Shown piece by piece: positions 8,882-19,300 of a stretch of DNA of 64,000 nucleotides. A model generated the notes under the pieces. It was given only the letters and a program-made list of their open reading frames with translations. It had not been told where the DNA came from and ran no database searches. Made by a program: the position numbers and the translations under genes. The stretch comes from Candidatus Bathyarchaeia archaeon. Lineage in GTDB: Archaea; Thermoproteota; Bathyarchaeia; Bathyarchaeales; Bathycorpusculaceae. How positions within the stretch are numbered: position 1 is the stretch's first letter; every line of letters begins with the position of its first letter. The DNA lies in NCBI GenBank assembly GCA_038883655.1, contig JAVZLQ010000003.1, positions 32,001 through 96,000 on the forward strand, in the 5' to 3' direction.

Positions 8882-11272
8882 GTGAAACTCACTTTTTGGC
8901 TTTTGGACATAAACTACGAAGTTAAAAATGACGTACCTGAAGTTTGGCTTTGGGGAATCAGTGCTTTTGGCGAACGCGTGCTGCTAATTGATAGGAATTT
9001 TGTTGGCTATTTTTATGCTGTGGTTGAGGAGAATGTTGATCCGAAGGTTGTTGTGAAAGAAATTGACAAGAAGCGTTTTCCGTTAGTCGCTAATTTGGAG
9101 GTTGTTGAGCGGAGGTTTTTCGGCAAGCCTGTGAAAGCTTTGAAGGTTTATTGCGCAAATCCTGATGTTATACCAAAGTATGCTCGTGAGATTCGAAAGC
9201 TCGAAGGCGTAAAGGATTGCCTCGAAGATGATATTCGTTTTTCCATGCGCTATTTGATTGATAATGGCGTTGTTCCGTGTGGCTGGCACGAGGTTGAAGC
9301 TGTTGCGATAGAAAACACTTTAGGCGTTAAAGTTGACAAGGTTTACTTGGTTGAGTCAACGCCTAAATTTGTTGAGAAAGCCGACATTCCAGAATTGAAA
9401 ATTTTTGGTTTTTCGACAATATGTTATAGCCGAGAGGGGTCGCCGAAACCCGACAGAAACCCGGTTGTAATAATTTCAACTGCAACAAACACTGGTGAAG
9501 AAAGGCAATTCTTGGCTGATGAAAACAAGAATGATAAGCCAGTTCTTGAAGCCTTTGTGAATTATGTTAAAGTGTTCGACCCGGACATAATTGTTGGTTA
9601 TGGCGTGAACAGCATCGATTGGCAGTACCTTAATGAGCGTTGTAAGAGACTTGGTTTGAGACTTCAAGTGGATAGGGTTAGCACTGAACCGCACACAAGC
9701 GTTTATGGTCATGTTTCAATTACTGGAAGAGCCAACATAGACCTTTTTGATTTTGCGGATGAATTTCCAGAGGTTAAGGTTAAGACGCTTGAGAATCTAG
9801 CCGACTATCTGGGTGTCATGAAAATTGAGGAGCGCACCTTAATAGAGGATGTTGATTTTGCCGACTACTGGGACGACAAGACTAAGCGTGAAGCTTTAAA
9901 GCGGTTCTCTATGGAAAACACCCGCTGCATAATGGGCATAGCCAAAGCAATTTTGGATTTCGCCATGCAACTTTCAAACCTTGTGAGCTTGCCTTTAGAC
10001 CATGTTGGAACAGCAGCCGTGGGCTTTAGGGTTGAATGGTTCTTGATTAAGCATGCGCATAAAATAGGCGAACTCGTGCCTAAAAGGGTTGAGCAGCCAT
10101 ACCGCCCGTATGCTGGTGCGATTGTGCTTAAGCCAGAATCTGGGCTTCATGAGAACATTGCGGTTTTAGACTTCAAGAGCATGTATCCAAACCTTATGAT
10201 AGCCTATAACCTTTCGCCAGACACTTATGTGGCTCCCAAAGAGCCGGTGCCGCCATGTGGTGTTTATGAAGCTCCAGAAGTTAAGCATAGGTTCCGTAAA
10301 GAGCCTCCTGGCTTTTATAAGGAGGTGCTTTCGCGTCTCATCAGCGTTAGGGACGAGATACGCGCTAAAATGAAGGCTGCGTCTCCAGAAAGTGTTGAAT
10401 ACCGCGTTTTGGATGCACGTCAAAAAGCTGTAAAAGTTATTACTAACGCTTCTTATGGTTATGCTGGCTGGATAGGCGCAAGATGGTACATTAAGCCTGT
10501 CGCTGAGGCGGCCACGGCTTGGGGTAGGCACACGATTTTGCGTGCTATAGAAATTGCTAAAAAGTTGGGCTTGAAGGTTGTTTATGGGGACACGGACAGC
10601 ATTTTTGTGCGGCACGAAGTGGATAAAATTGAAAAGTTTTCAAGGGCAATCGAGGAAGAGATAGGTTTAGAAATTAAGCCAGACAAGGTTTATGTGCGGA
10701 TTTTCTTCACAGAAGCAAAAAAGCGCTACGCAGGGCTCTTGCCAGACGGAAAACTTGACATTGTGGGTTTGGAGGTTATTCGCGGAGACTGGGCTGCCAT
10801 AGCCAAAAAGGTGCAGGAAAAAGTCCTAGAAATAATATTAAAAGAGCAGTCGCCAAAGAAGGCTGCGGATTTTGTTCGCCAGTGCATTTATGAGCTTAGG
10901 CAAAGGCGCGTACTCTACCGCGATTTAATAATATGGAAAACACTAACAAAACCTGTTGAAGAATATGAAGTTAAGGCTTCGCATGTTGAAGCTGCAAAGA
11001 TGCTCATGGAGAAGGGTTGGAAACTAACCGTGGGCGACAAGGTTGGCTATGTGGCTGTTGTTGGCTCTGGAAGATTGTATGAGAGAGTTAAACCATACAT
11101 GTTCGCTACGTATGATGAAATTGATACAGAATATTACATTTCGAAGCAGATTGTTCCAGCAGCAGCCAGAGTCCTCGAAAACTTTGGAATAACAGAGGAG
11201 CAGCTGCTCACTTTTAGGGCTGAAGAAAAAGAGCGTGAAACACGAAAACTCACGGACTTTTTTGGAAGTTAG
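8882..11272 (+). CDS. polB3: Family B DNA polymerase, PolB3 type, with a degenerate 3'-5' exonuclease
   Basis: DFKSMYP, K...NASYGY, YGDTDS and KKRY; C-terminal PIP-like KLTDFF; Exo I reads GFSTICY. Confidence 0.93.
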   Translation: MKLTFWLLDINYEVKNDVPEVWLWGISAFGERVLLIDRNFVGYFYAVVEENVDPKVVVKEIDKKRFPLVANLEVVERRFFGKPVKALKVYCANPDVIPKYAREIRKLEGVKDCLEDDIRFSMRYLIDNGVVPCGWHEVEAVAIENTLGVKVDKVYLVESTPKFVEKADIPELKIFGFSTICYSREGSPKPDRNPVVIISTATNTGEERQFLADENKNDKPVLEAFVNYVKVFDPDIIVGYGVNSIDWQYLNERCKRLGLRLQVDRVSTEPHTSVYGHVSITGRANIDLFDFADEFPEVKVKTLENLADYLGVMKIEERTLIEDVDFADYWDDKTKREALKRFSMENTRCIMGIAKAILDFAMQLSNLVSLPLDHVGTAAVGFRVEWFLIKHAHKIGELVPKRVEQPYRPYAGAIVLKPESGLHENIAVLDFKSMYPNLMIAYNLSPDTYVAPKEPVPPCGVYEAPEVKHRFRKEPPGFYKEVLSRLISVRDEIRAKMKAASPESVEYRVLDARQKAVKVITNASYGYAGWIGARWYIKPVAEAATAWGRHTILRAIEIAKKLGLKVVYGDTDSIFVRHEVDKIEKFSRAIEEEIGLEIKPDKVYVRIFFTEAKKRYAGLLPDGKLDIVGLEVIRGDWAAIAKKVQEKVLEIILKEQSPKKAADFVRQCIYELRQRRVLYRDLIIWKTLTKPVEEYEVKASHVEAAKMLMEKGWKLTVGDKVGYVAVVGSGRLYERVKPYMFATYDEIDTEYYISKQIVPAAARVLENFGITEEQLLTFRAEEKERETRKLTDFFGS

Positions 11273-12423
11273 GTTTCAGAAATATCCGAGAAGGTTAGTA
11301 GTTGTACGTTTAATGGTGGTTTTACGGCCTCTGATATTCGCGAGGCTATTATGTTTTTTATGCCCTTTTCGCCAGCTAAATCCACGATTCGCTGTGTTAT
11401 TATGCCGTCAAAAACAACCGTGTCAACACCCTCTACTTGTTGAAGTTTTTCGGCTAATTGGCTTACTGGTAAGCGTTCTATCTGCTCAAGCTTCTCGTTC
11501 AGCAGCACAGCCTCTAAAGTGCCTTCTAAACTTTTGATTATTTGGACTATGCCGCTCGGCACTTCAACCCTTAGTTTTTCACGTTTAGGGGGCTTTGTCA
11601 GTTCGTCAACTGGAACTTTAGCCTCTAACGCTTCAAAAATTTCCTTGCAGTTTAACTCTTCAACTTCTTTTCCTCGCGGCGCCCTAGCCACATATTTTAT
11701 GTTTGTAACTTGTAAAAGCTCTTTTAGTATTAGGTCTCCGCCTCTGTCTCCGTCTAAGAAAGCCGTTATCTCCTTCTCTTTTGAAAGCCTCTTTATTGTT
11801 TCTGGAACTTTCGCGCCTTCCATGGCTATAACGTTCAACAAACCGCAACGCATCAGGTTTATGACGTCTGCTCTTCCCTCAACCAAAATTAGCTCTTTCG
11901 CGCTGCTTACCTCTGGTCCTGCTGAAAGCTCTTCTGGTCCATACTTCTCAACTTTTGCAACTTTTAGGGTTTCAGCCAACTCCTTGAAAACCTCATCTAC
12001 GGAGGGCATTGCCTCAATAGTCCATTTGTGCAGAATCTCCTTCGCCCTGTCAATAATCATCTTCCTCCTCGCTTCTCTCACGTCCTCAATTTTTTCTAGA
12101 GTTACCTTCGCGGCGCATGGTCCAACGCGGTTTATGCTTTCTATGCTTGCTGCGAGTAGGGCTGTTGAGACCCTGTCTAGGCTTGTTGGAATTGTTATGG
12201 TGCCAGTTGTCCTATCGTTTTTTGAGTGTAGGTCGATTTCTATCCTTCCGATTCTTCCAGACTTTTGCAACTCCCTTAGGTCTAGTTCTGGTCCGAAAAG
12301 TCCTTCTGTTTGCCCGAAAACTGCACCTATAACGTCTGGTTTTTCAACTACTCCTTCTATTTCGAATTTTGCGTGTATGACATACTTTATGGTAAACGTT
12401 TGTGATGAACCCGTAAGCGTCAC
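11269..12423 (-). CDS. dnaG: Archaeal DnaG (primase-like, exosome-associated)
   Basis: GVVEKPDVIGAVFGQTEGL, VEGRADV, DGDRGG and FDGIITQR. Confidence 0.96.
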   Translation of the reverse strand: MTLTGSSQTFTIKYVIHAKFEIEGVVEKPDVIGAVFGQTEGLFGPELDLRELQKSGRIGRIEIDLHSKNDRTTGTITIPTSLDRVSTALLAASIESINRVGPCAAKVTLEKIEDVREARRKMIIDRAKEILHKWTIEAMPSVDEVFKELAETLKVAKVEKYGPEELSAGPEVSSAKELILVEGRADVINLMRCGLLNVIAMEGAKVPETIKRLSKEKEITAFLDGDRGGDLILKELLQVTNIKYVARAPRGKEVEELNCKEIFEALEAKVPVDELTKPPKREKLRVEVPSGIVQIIKSLEGTLEAVLLNEKLEQIERLPVSQLAEKLQQVEGVDTVVFDGIITQRIVDLAGEKGIKNIIASRISEAVKPPLNVQLLTFSDISET

Positions 12424-12523
12424 CTCCGACCGGGTTATGTCCTGCTTTTGTTAAGCTTTAACCATGTAATGAGAGAATTGAACTCTCATCTCACAGATTA
12501 GTTAACTCTGCTATATATTACAT

Positions 12524-12937
12524 TTATGAATTGTAAATCTTGCTCTTTAATGTTTCCATGTAAGCGGCTAATCCCTCAACATCCTTCACTTCTCTGCCTA
12601 TGAGGTTAAAGAGTGCAAGCCAAAACGTAACGTTAAGTTTTATCCTTGCCTTCTCAAGATGCTGCTTCAAGTTTTTCATTAACTCTTTCCCTCGCCTATC
12701 AAAATCTAATAGCAAAATGACCTCTTTTGCGCCTGTCTCCTCAAGTTCAGCAACCAGTTCAAGAAGAGTTTTGCCCGCTTTTGCCGTTATGATTTTTCCC
12801 TCAACTGCCAGCTTTTTTAGGGCTTCTACGTCCCTTTTCCCCTCAACAATTATTGGTTTGCCCTTTGCCGCTTCCTCGTTTATCTGTTCCAAAATTTGTA
12901 GGATTTTTTCCTCTTTCTCTTTTAGGCGTGTGAACAA
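12524..12937 (-). CDS. Small Toprim-domain protein (RNase M5-like)
   Basis: IIVEGKRD, LLDFDRRG and KDVEGL motifs. Confidence 0.88.
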   Translation of the reverse strand: MFTRLKEKEEKILQILEQINEEAAKGKPIIVEGKRDVEALKKLAVEGKIITAKAGKTLLELVAELEETGAKEVILLLDFDRRGKELMKNLKQHLEKARIKLNVTFWLALFNLIGREVKDVEGLAAYMETLKSKIYNS

Positions 12938-12942
12938 AGCTT

Positions 12943-14019
12943 TTACCTTGTTATTTCAGCTTTCTTCACAACTTCTAGGCATTCCTTTGCCTCCTTGTCC
13001 GTTTCAAAGTATCTCCTGATTGGTTCCAAAATTTTTGCTAACTCCTTTGCTACTGCATTTTTGAGATCTTGCGGGTGAACCTCGCCTTTTCCATAAGCCC
13101 TTTCCAATTCCTCATAGCTTTGAAACTCGATTGTGCCGCCGAATTTTGCTGGGCGCTCTATACGGAATGTTTTGTTTTCATGGAATATGACGTATTTGAC
13201 TATTTCAAGGATAGGGTTCATTTCCATAATCCTTTCTGGACACCATGCCTTGCGTAGTTTTTCTCTTATCTGCTCTTCTGTGTCGTGAATGAATATGGCT
13301 GTCCAAGGCTTCGACTTGCTCATTTTGCTCGCGATAACTTGTTCAAGCTTGTCCTTCGTTTTAAGCTCTATCGGCTTAGCTATCCCCATTAACAAGTGGT
13401 GGTGAACCGCAACTGGCTTTTTCCATCCCATTTTTGGGAAGATTTCCCTTGCCAAAACATGGGCTTTTCTCTGGTCCATTCCGCCGTGCGGAATGTCTGC
13501 ACCTATTTCTTTTATATCCACTGCCTGCATCGGCGGGTAAAAATACTGCGCTAAGTCGAGTTTTTCATGTTCGCTTCTCCCCATTATCGTCATGCATCTT
13601 AAGCTCCGCGCTATCGTCATGTGCTTGGAGAATTTGATGACATTCCGCCAGTAATCAAGATTTTTGCTGTACAATTCCGAGCCCGTGACAATTTTAACTC
13701 CTGGACAGAAGAATTTGAAGGCTTTCTCATAGTATTTTGCTGCTTTTAGGATTTTTTCCCAGTCTCCGCCAAACTTGTCGTTTATGAAGCTGTGCCAATC
13801 CGCCAAATACGCTTGGCATCTTATCCCAGCCTTCATGAAATCATTTATTTTAAAGCCTGAAATCACCAAGTTTCCAAGATGCAGTAAACCCGAAATCTCA
13901 AAGCCTATGTAGTGTCCAGGATGCTCATTGGTCTCGAAAAGTTCCCTTAACTCTTCTTCAACTAGGATTTCTTCTGTCGGCGGCTTCTTAACCAAATCAA
14001 TCTTCGTTTCTATATCCAA
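12943..14019 (-). CDS. tyrS: Tyrosine--tRNA ligase
   Basis: YIGFEISG.LHLG, YP.MQA.D, GGMDQRK, KMSKS and HP.DLK. Confidence 0.95.
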   Translation of the reverse strand: MDIETKIDLVKKPPTEEILVEEELRELFETNEHPGHYIGFEISGLLHLGNLVISGFKINDFMKAGIRCQAYLADWHSFINDKFGGDWEKILKAAKYYEKAFKFFCPGVKIVTGSELYSKNLDYWRNVIKFSKHMTIARSLRCMTIMGRSEHEKLDLAQYFYPPMQAVDIKEIGADIPHGGMDQRKAHVLAREIFPKMGWKKPVAVHHHLLMGIAKPIELKTKDKLEQVIASKMSKSKPWTAIFIHDTEEQIREKLRKAWCPERIMEMNPILEIVKYVIFHENKTFRIERPAKFGGTIEFQSYEELERAYGKGEVHPQDLKNAVAKELAKILEPIRRYFETDKEAKECLEVVKKAEITR

Positions 14020-14064
14020 GCCTTATCAAGCCTTCTACATCCCTAATGCAGAAGCCAAACTTAA

Positions 14065-14287
14065 AAGTTGTTTCGCGGGCGTTTGTTTCCCACGATACCT
14101 ATCACTTAACTTCATTGTGGAGCAGTTCGCTCCCCTTGGTTAAGCTCTCTCTGGCGTGGGATTTTTTGCGCCCGCGCCCACCGTGTCCCATGCTTGGGTA
14201 AACCCGCCTTCAATGGCTTTTCGCCTCTGTTGGGTCCGTCTGCATGGATTTGCCGGTGGGATTGAGAAGGCTCAAGAGGTCATTGCC
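14065..14287 (-). ncRNA. Candidate two-hairpin H/ACA-like small RNA
   Basis: Two hairpins with internal pockets, K-turn-like GA/GA apical elements and ACA boxes; upstream TATA-like TTTAATTT; U-run at the 3' end. Confidence 0.65.
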
Positions 14288-14624
14288 AAAATAATCTTTC
14301 GCTATTTGCTAAATTAAACGTTGCTGTTTCCTCTGGTGCTAGTCATATTTGGCAGTTTTTGTTGTGAATTTAGGACTAGCTTTCAGTTTATTTTCCCTAC
14401 CCTACTCTCTAGAATTTTCGCTGGACGTCAATTTTGTTGCTAGTGGTAAACTGCAAAATTGATACCTCTCTCTAGAAAATTTTGGACAACATGTTATACT
14501 AGGGTCCTAAGAAGCTTGATGACGAGTGCCAGTTTCACAATGTCCTTTTAACAATGACTAATAGAAGCGGTATTTTATTTCGTGCAGTCGGACGCGTTTG
14601 GATAGTTTGAAGGAGAAATTTATT

Positions 14625-15020
14625 TTAGCTTTTTTCTTCTGTTATTAGTGTGGCGTTTATTATGCCGTTTTGTCCTGGACGGGAGCTGACGCGTGCGAGT
14701 CCCAGCGTGGTTTCTATTATTGCGCCTTTTGTTATTACGCCTCTTCTGTCGTAATCCACGTTTGATGGGTTTCGGACAACGCGTAAAATTTCGGTTTTTT
14801 CGGTTTTTCCAGTTTTCGGGTCTGTTACACAAGCGTATTTGTCACTTAAAACCTTAATTTTGACTGTACTTCCTCTTCCTCTTTCAATTTTCTTTTTAGG
14901 TTCGCCTAGCAACGTTTCCGCTGGAAAGCGTCCTTGCTCAAATTTTCTTTTTCCTCTGTAAGCGCGTTTTCTGCCTCCGCTGGGTTTTTTCTTGTGGAGG
15001 TCGCCGTGCCAGACAGACAT
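14625..15020 (-). CDS. rps8e: 30S ribosomal protein S8e
   Basis: KPSGGR..RKFEQG, GVITKGAII.T and SRPGQNG. Confidence 0.97.
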   Translation of the reverse strand: MSVWHGDLHKKKPSGGRKRAYRGKRKFEQGRFPAETLLGEPKKKIERGRGSTVKIKVLSDKYACVTDPKTGKTEKTEILRVVRNPSNVDYDRRGVITKGAIIETTLGLARVSSRPGQNGIINATLITEEKS

Positions 15021-15078
15021 TGTTTTCGCCTTCTAAACAGATTGGTGTTCTCTATCACCGTTTTCTTGTAATATAAAT

Positions 15079-15708
15079 CTATCCGTTGGAAATTGCGCTC
15101 TTCTCTTGCTTTGGAAAGTCTTCGAAAACGTTTTTTAGCTCCTTCTTCATTGTTTGGATGTCGTGGCTTAAGCCAAAATAATCCGCAAAATAATCCGTTG
15201 TCCTAAGCAACGTTACGCGTCCTTTTCGCTCCGCGCTTATTAGGTTCATCTCCTTAAGCAGTTTTATGTGGCTGTAAACGTGGCGCCCACGAACCTCGAT
15301 AACCCTCTTTTGCGATATGGGTTGTTTGTAGGCTATGTATGAAAGCGTCTTTAAGGGACCAGTGGAAAGCAGCGGTCTGTTTACAAGTTTCCGCACGTGT
15401 GGCGTGTATTCCGCTTTTAGTTGGAGAACAAACCTTTCGTCTTTCAATTCCAAAATTTCAAGTGCAGTATTCCTTTTGGCGTACTCTTGCATAAGCATCC
15501 TCGCAAGTTTGCGTGTCTTATTTTTAGAGCGAGTCTTCAAAACAGAACATAACTCGTTCAAGTCTAATGGGCGACCAGAAACGTATAGGGCAGCCTCTAC
15601 CAAGGCTAGGTCATGCTTCAGTTTCTCTTCTGCCTGCGTTTTCTGCAAAGCTTCGTCTGAATTAAGCGTTTGCTGTTTCGTTTCCTGCAATGTTATTGAA
15701 CTCTCCAA
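15079..15708 (-). CDS. scpB: SMC-Scp complex subunit ScpB
   Basis: EAALYVSG, LKTLSYIAYKQPI and TT..F.DYFGL; downstream of smc/scpA. Confidence 0.93.
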   Translation of the reverse strand: MESSITLQETKQQTLNSDEALQKTQAEEKLKHDLALVEAALYVSGRPLDLNELCSVLKTRSKNKTRKLARMLMQEYAKRNTALEILELKDERFVLQLKAEYTPHVRKLVNRPLLSTGPLKTLSYIAYKQPISQKRVIEVRGRHVYSHIKLLKEMNLISAERKGRVTLLRTTDYFADYFGLSHDIQTMKKELKNVFEDFPKQEKSAISNG

Positions 15709-16369
15709 CGGTTATGTATATTTCTTCAGTTTCCTCATCTTGCCAGAGGTTTACCTTTCCATCTTGTGCCAGAAACAATAATAGGATGAATTTGCGAATT
15801 GCTTCGAGTCTTCCAACACCCTTAATCAACGTGGAGAATTGGATTATCCCGCCGCCCCTAACCATCTCCAAAAGCGTGTTGTAAAGCTCTTCCATTTGAA
15901 ACTCAATTTCCATCAAATAAACTTCAAACTGTGGAAGAATATCAGATGGTGTTGGAAGAATTGGTTGAACGTCACCTCTTTCTAGCGGAACAAGTTTCTC
16001 ACTTTTTAAGACGTCGTCTAGGACCTCCAGTAGGTGCTTTATTGTCGTTGAAGTCAACTCATGCCTAAGCGGCAAAAACAAGGGCGGAGGCAAGAAATCT
16101 TGTGGTGGTTTTGGCGGTGGCGGAGGCTCTTCAAGCTTTAGCAGAAGTTTTGATTTCATGAGGTATATGAAGGCGGATGAGTCGAGGGCTACACCTGAAG
16201 CCCTAAAATCAATGTATCCAGCCTTTTCCATTTCTTCAAGAAAGCTTGTCAGTAAATATGCTATGTTAATGTTCCATGGAGTAAGCTTCTCAAGCTTGTG
16301 GAACTCGAAGAGGATGTTCCATGGCGGTCTCATGTAAAAGGGCTTTTTGATTATGGTGATTTCGCTCAC
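15662..16369 (-). CDS. scpA: Kleisin ScpA
   Basis: PWNINI, FRASG.AL and C-terminal F..LLFLA..GKV.L.Q winged helix. Confidence 0.9.
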   Translation of the reverse strand: MSEITIIKKPFYMRPPWNILFEFHKLEKLTPWNINIAYLLTSFLEEMEKAGYIDFRASGVALDSSAFIYLMKSKLLLKLEEPPPPPKPPQDFLPPPLFLPLRHELTSTTIKHLLEVLDDVLKSEKLVPLERGDVQPILPTPSDILPQFEVYLMEIEFQMEELYNTLLEMVRGGGIIQFSTLIKGVGRLEAIRKFILLLFLAQDGKVNLWQDEETEEIYITVGEFNNIAGNETANA

Positions 16370-19300
16370 TGGTTGGTCACCTCAAGAAACTTTGCTGATA
16401 TGACGTTTGATACTCCGTTTCGCTCGTAAACGCCGTAAACTTTCTGCGCCTTGTTTACCATTTCAGGCTTTAAAGTGATTACTATGAACTGGGTTTTTTC
16501 TGATTCCTTTAACAGTAATTCAGCGAGTTTCGAAACGTGATAAGCGTCTAAATGCGCGTCTATTTCGTCTAGGATGTAGAAGGATGCGGGGGTGAACTCC
16601 TTTATTGCAAAGATAAAGGCAACCGCAGCAACGGAGCGCTCTCCGCCGCTGGCTCCGCTTACAATGATGGATGGCTTGTTTGGGAATTGGACAATCATGT
16701 CTATTCCTCCAAGAAACGGTTCGTCTGGGTTCTCAAGCACTAGAGTGGCGTTTCCGCCGCCAGTGAGCTTGTTAAAGTACCTTGATAAATTCGTGTTTAT
16801 CTTTTCGAATGCTTCCATGAAGACCTTGCGCTTTTTGCTTTCAATCTCGTTCATGAACTGGACTATGGCTTGTTTTTCCCTTTCCAACTCATTAAGCCTC
16901 AAGGAGAGCTCCTTGTACCGCGAAATTTGCTCAGCATAATGTGATAGCGCCAGCTGGTTTACGGCTCCTATCCTTTCAAGTTCAAAGCGCATCATTTTGA
17001 TGGTTGTTTCAGCCTCCTCGACTTGCGTGGGCGTCACGTGTAAAGGTTGTTCATATCCAATTCGTCTAAGCTGGCTTTTGTACTGTTCAAGTTGGAGCAT
17101 TGATGTTTGGATGTTAAGTTGAAGCTGGTTTAGGAGGCGGTCAGCTTGCTCATATTCAGCGTCAAGTTTGCGCAGTTCCTTGTCGATGTCATCTATTTGG
17201 GAAGTGAACTTTTTCGCTTCTTCACGCGCTGACAAAACAGTCTTTGAAAGTTCAACACGGCTCTTTTCAAGCTCTGCGATCTCCAGTTTGAGGGATTCAC
17301 GTTCTTTTGTGGCTTCTTCCACTTCCTTCTCAACTTTCCGAAGCTGCTGCTCAACCTTTGTAAGCTGAATTTTCGCGTTTTGGTAGCCAACCCTCAAAAC
17401 GTTATCAAACTTTGACTGAAGCGTTGAAATTTCAGTTTGAACCGTGCCAAGCTTCTGCCTCAAAGTTATTATTTCCTCAGCGAGTTTTTCCCTCTTAACT
17501 TCTAACTCTTGGATGTAGGATGGATCTGCCTTTCGCCGAAGAGTAACCAAAGCATTTTGAAGTTTACGTACTTCCTTTTGAATTAGGCTGCTTTCAGCTC
17601 GGTGCTTCCACATCAGAGCCTTTTCACTTTCTACTTCCTTCTCGAGCTTGGCGATGTTCTTATCAACACGTTTAACATTAGCCCTAGTCCTTCTAACATT
17701 CCTTTTTACTCGCGCAATTTCCCTATCAAGCGTTATTATAGCTTCTGAAAGGCGTGCAATTTCAACGCGTGTCCTGTCGATCTCATCCTCAAACGCCGAC
17801 AAGTCTGTGCCACGCTTGGAAAGGTGCTGTTGAAGGGCGTTGACAGCTTCGTCTAAGCTTTTTATGGCTTTCTCGCTTGGTATAATGGCAGAAAAGTCTA
17901 TTGGCGCCCTATAATAACCGCTTTCAAATGCACCTCCAGCCTCGTACAGGTCCCCGTCAACCGTCACCACCCTATAACCCTCGTTTGACAATGTGAATGC
18001 GGTCTTTTCATCTGAAACTATTAGCGTGTCTCCAAAAACGAAGTTGACAGCCGGTTCATAATGTTTCTCACATTTTATGAAAAGCGACGCGGCGCCGTTT
18101 ACGCCTTCCATCTGCGGAACTTTCAAGGCTCTCGGATTCGAAGTTCCTTGAAGTGGAATTATCTTTATGCGCCCAAGCTTCATTCTTCTTAAGGTTTCCG
18201 CGCACGTGAAAGCAGCATCAAAATCTTTCACAACAACAGCGTCAAGCCATCCAGCTGCTGCAGCTTCAATAGCCCTCTTATAAGCGCTGTCAACCTTTAT
18301 CAAGTTGCGAAGCCGGCCGTAAACGCCTTGAATTACTCCAAGTTCGCCTAGTTCTTCTATGCTTCGAAGGGCTTTTTCCTCAGAGGCTACAGTTTCTGCG
18401 AGTTCCCTTTGCGTCGCGAATTCTATTACCGCGGCTTTCGCCGAGTCAGCGATTTTTCCAGCTTCTGCTATTTCACGTTCTATGGCTTCTTTTTGGGCAA
18501 TTTTTCGCTCGAGCATTTTTTGCATGTTTTTTAGTTGCGTTTTTTGTTCTTTCTGCACTCTTTCAAGTTCGGCAAAGGATTTTTCAAGTTCAGTGAGTGT
18601 TAACGCGAATCTTTCTTTTCGGTTTTTTAAGTCGTTAAGCCTTCTCATACGAATTTTTATTGCTGTCTGGCTCTTTGCGTATTCAGAACGTAAATATGAA
18701 AGTCTTTTGTAGCAATTTTCCATTTGCTGTTCCATTTCTCGGATTTTTTTGCTGTTTTCGCCGAGGTTTTCCCAAAGCTGAGCTGCCTCGCTTGCAAGCG
18801 CATCATGCTCGGCTTGTTTTGCATTTATTTGGTTTAAGATTGCCTCGTATTCGCTTTGCAGCTCCTTTATTCTCAAACGGTTTTCGCGAATTTCTTTCCT
18901 AATAGACTCGTACTGTGCGAGGTTGTTTTCTCTAACACGCCTTAACCCTTCAAGACTTGTCTTTCCAGAAGTTATACGTGTTGTTAATTCTGTCAATTTC
19001 GATTTTAATTCGCCTATGCGCATTTGAACCTTTAAAACTTGCGAACCACCTTCTTCAACTATTTCCGAGCTTAGTTTTCTCCATTCGCCCTCTATTCCTC
19101 TTCTCTTTGAACGTAAATCCTCGCGCAGTTGCCGCAGTTTTTCAACTCTTTCTTTAACTTTTTCCGCTTGAGACGCCGTCTCCTCCGTCTTCCTTTGAAT
19201 TTGCATCATGTCGCTTGATATTTTGATTGCCTCAAACTTTCCTACTTCACGTTGAATGAAGTTGTAACGCAAAAGTTGGTTACGTTCCCTTTCCAAGTCG

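Noticed and set aside
11519-12454. 311-aa plus-strand ORF
   Set aside because: Antisense shadow of the well-conserved dnaG; Ser-rich with no motifs. The same applies to most nested short ORFs in the track.
14065-14287. Possible SRP (7S) RNA near rps8e
   Set aside because: Lacks the helix-8 CAGG-CCCGGAAGGG-AGCA motif and is too short.
14510-14565. Possible C/D-box sRNA starting TTGATGA
   Set aside because: No convincing CTGA D or D' boxes.
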